Shown piece by piece: positions 16,883 through 18,184 of a DNA stretch of 18,184 nt. The notes under the pieces are model-generated. The model searched no databases, was not told the DNA's origin, and saw only the letters and a list, made by a program, of their open reading frames with translations. The DNA comes from Verrucomicrobiales bacterium. GTDB lineage: Bacteria; Verrucomicrobiota; Verrucomicrobiia; Verrucomicrobiales; V1-33. A program made the translations under genes and the position numbers. Position 1 is the first letter of the stretch. Every line of letters begins with the position of its first letter. Where the stretch lies: positions 1 through 18,184 of the forward strand of contig JANOAV010000067.1 in NCBI GenBank assembly GCA_031411295.1, read 5' to 3'.

Positions 16883-17593
16883 CTACTTGGCGCTCAGTGG
16901 GGTTAGCTTGAGGTTACGGAAGGCGACGGCTCCGTGGTCCCCTTGGAACATCAAGGGGCCGGTGGCATGCTCCTGACCAGTCACCCCGCCGGGCGTGGGG
17001 CCTTTCATTTCCACGTTTTCGTGCAGCACTTTGCCGTTTAATTCCACCCGCTCGAATCGGGCGGAGGCGGTTCTCTTGCCACTGGCGTCAAATTTAGGGG
17101 CCCGGAAATCCACCACGAATTTCTGCCACTCGCCTGGTGGCTTGGAGGCATTCACTTTCGGCACTGCTGCGCTGTAAATGGCACCAATATCGCCTGCGCC
17201 CATCTCGCTGTCTTTCTTACCATGACTATCCAGCACCTGAAGTTCATATTCCCCCATGAAATAGATGCCACTGTTGGATCCCCGGGGGACCATGAGTTCG
17301 ATTTCCAAATGAAGGTCGCCAAACGTCTCCTGGGAGATCAGATCCAGGCTCTGACCATGTCCAGTGGCGGCATTGATGAGTTCTGAGCCACCGGTGGTCA
17401 CGGTCAATTGATCCGGATGCTCCGTGGACTGTTTGGCGGTGCCGACGGTCCAGCGGTGTGGTTTGCCATCGGACTTCTTGGGAGCCCAACCGGTCAGGTC
17501 TTTGCCATTGAAAAGGGCTTCGGCTTCCTGCGCGGGCAATGCCGTAGCAAGAGCAATGACACCACAGGACAATAGGAGTTGGGGTATTTTCAT
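16883..17593 (-). CDS. Secreted DUF1080 (3-keto-disaccharide hydrolase-like) protein
   Basis: Start at MKIPQLLL signal peptide; LFNGKDLTGW, SNSGIY, YELQVLDS, GAIY, PGEWQ, LNG, GPLMFQGDHG, VAFRNL. Confidence 0.9.
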   Translation of the reverse strand: MKIPQLLLSCGVIALATALPAQEAEALFNGKDLTGWAPKKSDGKPHRWTVGTAKQSTEHPDQLTVTTGGSELINAATGHGQSLDLISQETFGDLHLEIELMVPRGSNSGIYFMGEYELQVLDSHGKKDSEMGAGDIGAIYSAAVPKVNASKPPGEWQKFVVDFRAPKFDASGKRTASARFERVELNGKVLHENVEMKGPTPGGVTGQEHATGPLMFQGDHGAVAFRNLKLTPLSAK

Positions 17594-17636
17594 AGGTAGG
17601 AATGTTGGGATGATTTTCTGCGCTGAGCAATTCAAA

Positions 17637-17660
17637 CCGCCTCCCCATTCGAGGAGGCGG
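17637..17660 (-). terminator. Hairpin downstream of the interrupted minus-strand gene
   Basis: CCGCCTCC-N8-GGAGGCGG, followed on the minus strand by TTTGAATT. Confidence 0.45.
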
Positions 17661-17731
17661 GCGGAGGATCGCCATGGTTGGTCACGGCTACTACCCCTTG
17701 GCTAGGCTTCGAGAAAAGTAGCAATAATGCC

Positions 17732-17994
17732 TCAAGGTTTAGTGGCCTGAAGCCGAGCGTAGATGCGCGTGGTGGTGCCAGCGGTAATGGTGGCGGTGGC
17801 TTCGATGAGATCGTTGGCCGGGGCGGAGGTGTCGGTGATTTTCGTGGTGGTGATGGTGACGATCACGCCACTGGCGTTGCTGGCACCACTGGCGCGCCAG
17901 TTTAGCAGATCCGTGGACCACTGGTAGCTGATGGTAACGTCTGATGCCAAGGTGTTGGTCTGAGCATGACGGAACTTGAGAGTGCCGCCGCTGA
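17732..17994 (-). pseudogene. 3' fragment of a probably secreted protein's gene, interrupted by an IS
   Basis: Open frame SGGTLKFRHAQTNTLASDVTISYQWSTDLLNWRASG...TTTRIYARLQATKP* with no credible start; the protein-like sequence begins at the predicted IS boundary. The Y-x-x-S-x-DL-xx-W...Y-x-R pattern resembles C-terminal domains of large verrucomicrobial extracellular proteins. Confidence 0.72.
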
Positions 17995-18184
17995 GAACCT
18001 GTCCGGTAATTTTGAAAAAGGGCCATAATGTGGTAGGGTAAGTAATGAGAAAAAGCTACCCGACAGATGTGAGTGACAAGGAATGGGCGTTACTGGAGCC
18101 ACTATTTTGCCCACCAGGGGCGGCCCGCAAAGCCGGACGCACCGCCAGCCCTGCCAACGTGCGGGAGTGCTACAATGCGATCCG
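17995..18184 (+). mobile_element. Left end of an IS5-family insertion sequence (IS1031-like), truncated by the window end
   Basis: Putative terminal IR GAACCTGTCCGGTAATTT preceded by TGA (a TNA-type target, 17992-17994); drop in GC content; transposase start 50 nt inside. Boundary is uncertain by about 2 nt. Confidence 0.8.
18045..18184 (+). CDS. IS5-family transposase N-terminus (DUF4096-like), partial
   Basis: Manual translation MRKSYPTDVSDKEWALLEPLFCPPGAARKAGRTASPANVRECYNAI matches the Y-P-[ST]-D-x-[ST]-D-x-E-W...GR...RE..NAI signature. Confidence 0.92.
   Translation, partial: MRKSYPTDVSDKEWALLEPLFCPPGAARKAGRTASPANVRECYNAI

Noticed and set aside
944..17905. Numerous antisense or alternate-frame ORFs in the track (e.g. 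3467-4327, 12055-12924, 5344-5982)
   Set aside because: These are shadow ORFs of GC-rich genes that overlap well-supported CDSs and lack recognisable motifs.

Overview
GC-rich bacterial chromosomal window. The protein families and signal types (SHD1-like and BamB/PQQ-like proteins, DUF1080, an NPY/NLY-A-P membrane protein, an S-x-DL-xx-W C-terminal domain) point to Verrucomicrobiota/PVC, which is an inference. From left to right: a 21-bp tandem repeat array cut by the window edge; an SRP (4.5S, ffs) RNA gene with a non-canonical UGAC tetraloop; a GNAT acetyltransferase; a SWIM-SNF2 helicase; a YafK/DpaA-like L,D-transpeptidase-family protein; an exported SxxC thioredoxin-fold protein; a PQQ-like beta-propeller; a small membrane protein; a 57-aa ORF missing from the ORF track, behind a correctly spaced sigma-54 promoter; a 1947-aa alpha-2-macroglobulin with intact thioester motif but no adjacent pbpC; a Tat-exported GH128-like glycoside hydrolase; a radical SAM/SPASM-Twitch enzyme; a DUF1080 protein; and the 3' stump of a probably secreted protein's gene interrupted by an IS5-family (IS1031-like) element running off the right edge. 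No complete multi-gene novel system can be shown from sequence alone. The best leads are the sigma-54/micro-uORF/small-protein locus (8170-8580), the palindromic 21-bp array beside ffs, the UGAC-loop SRP RNA and a candidate structured RNA near 6063-6197.
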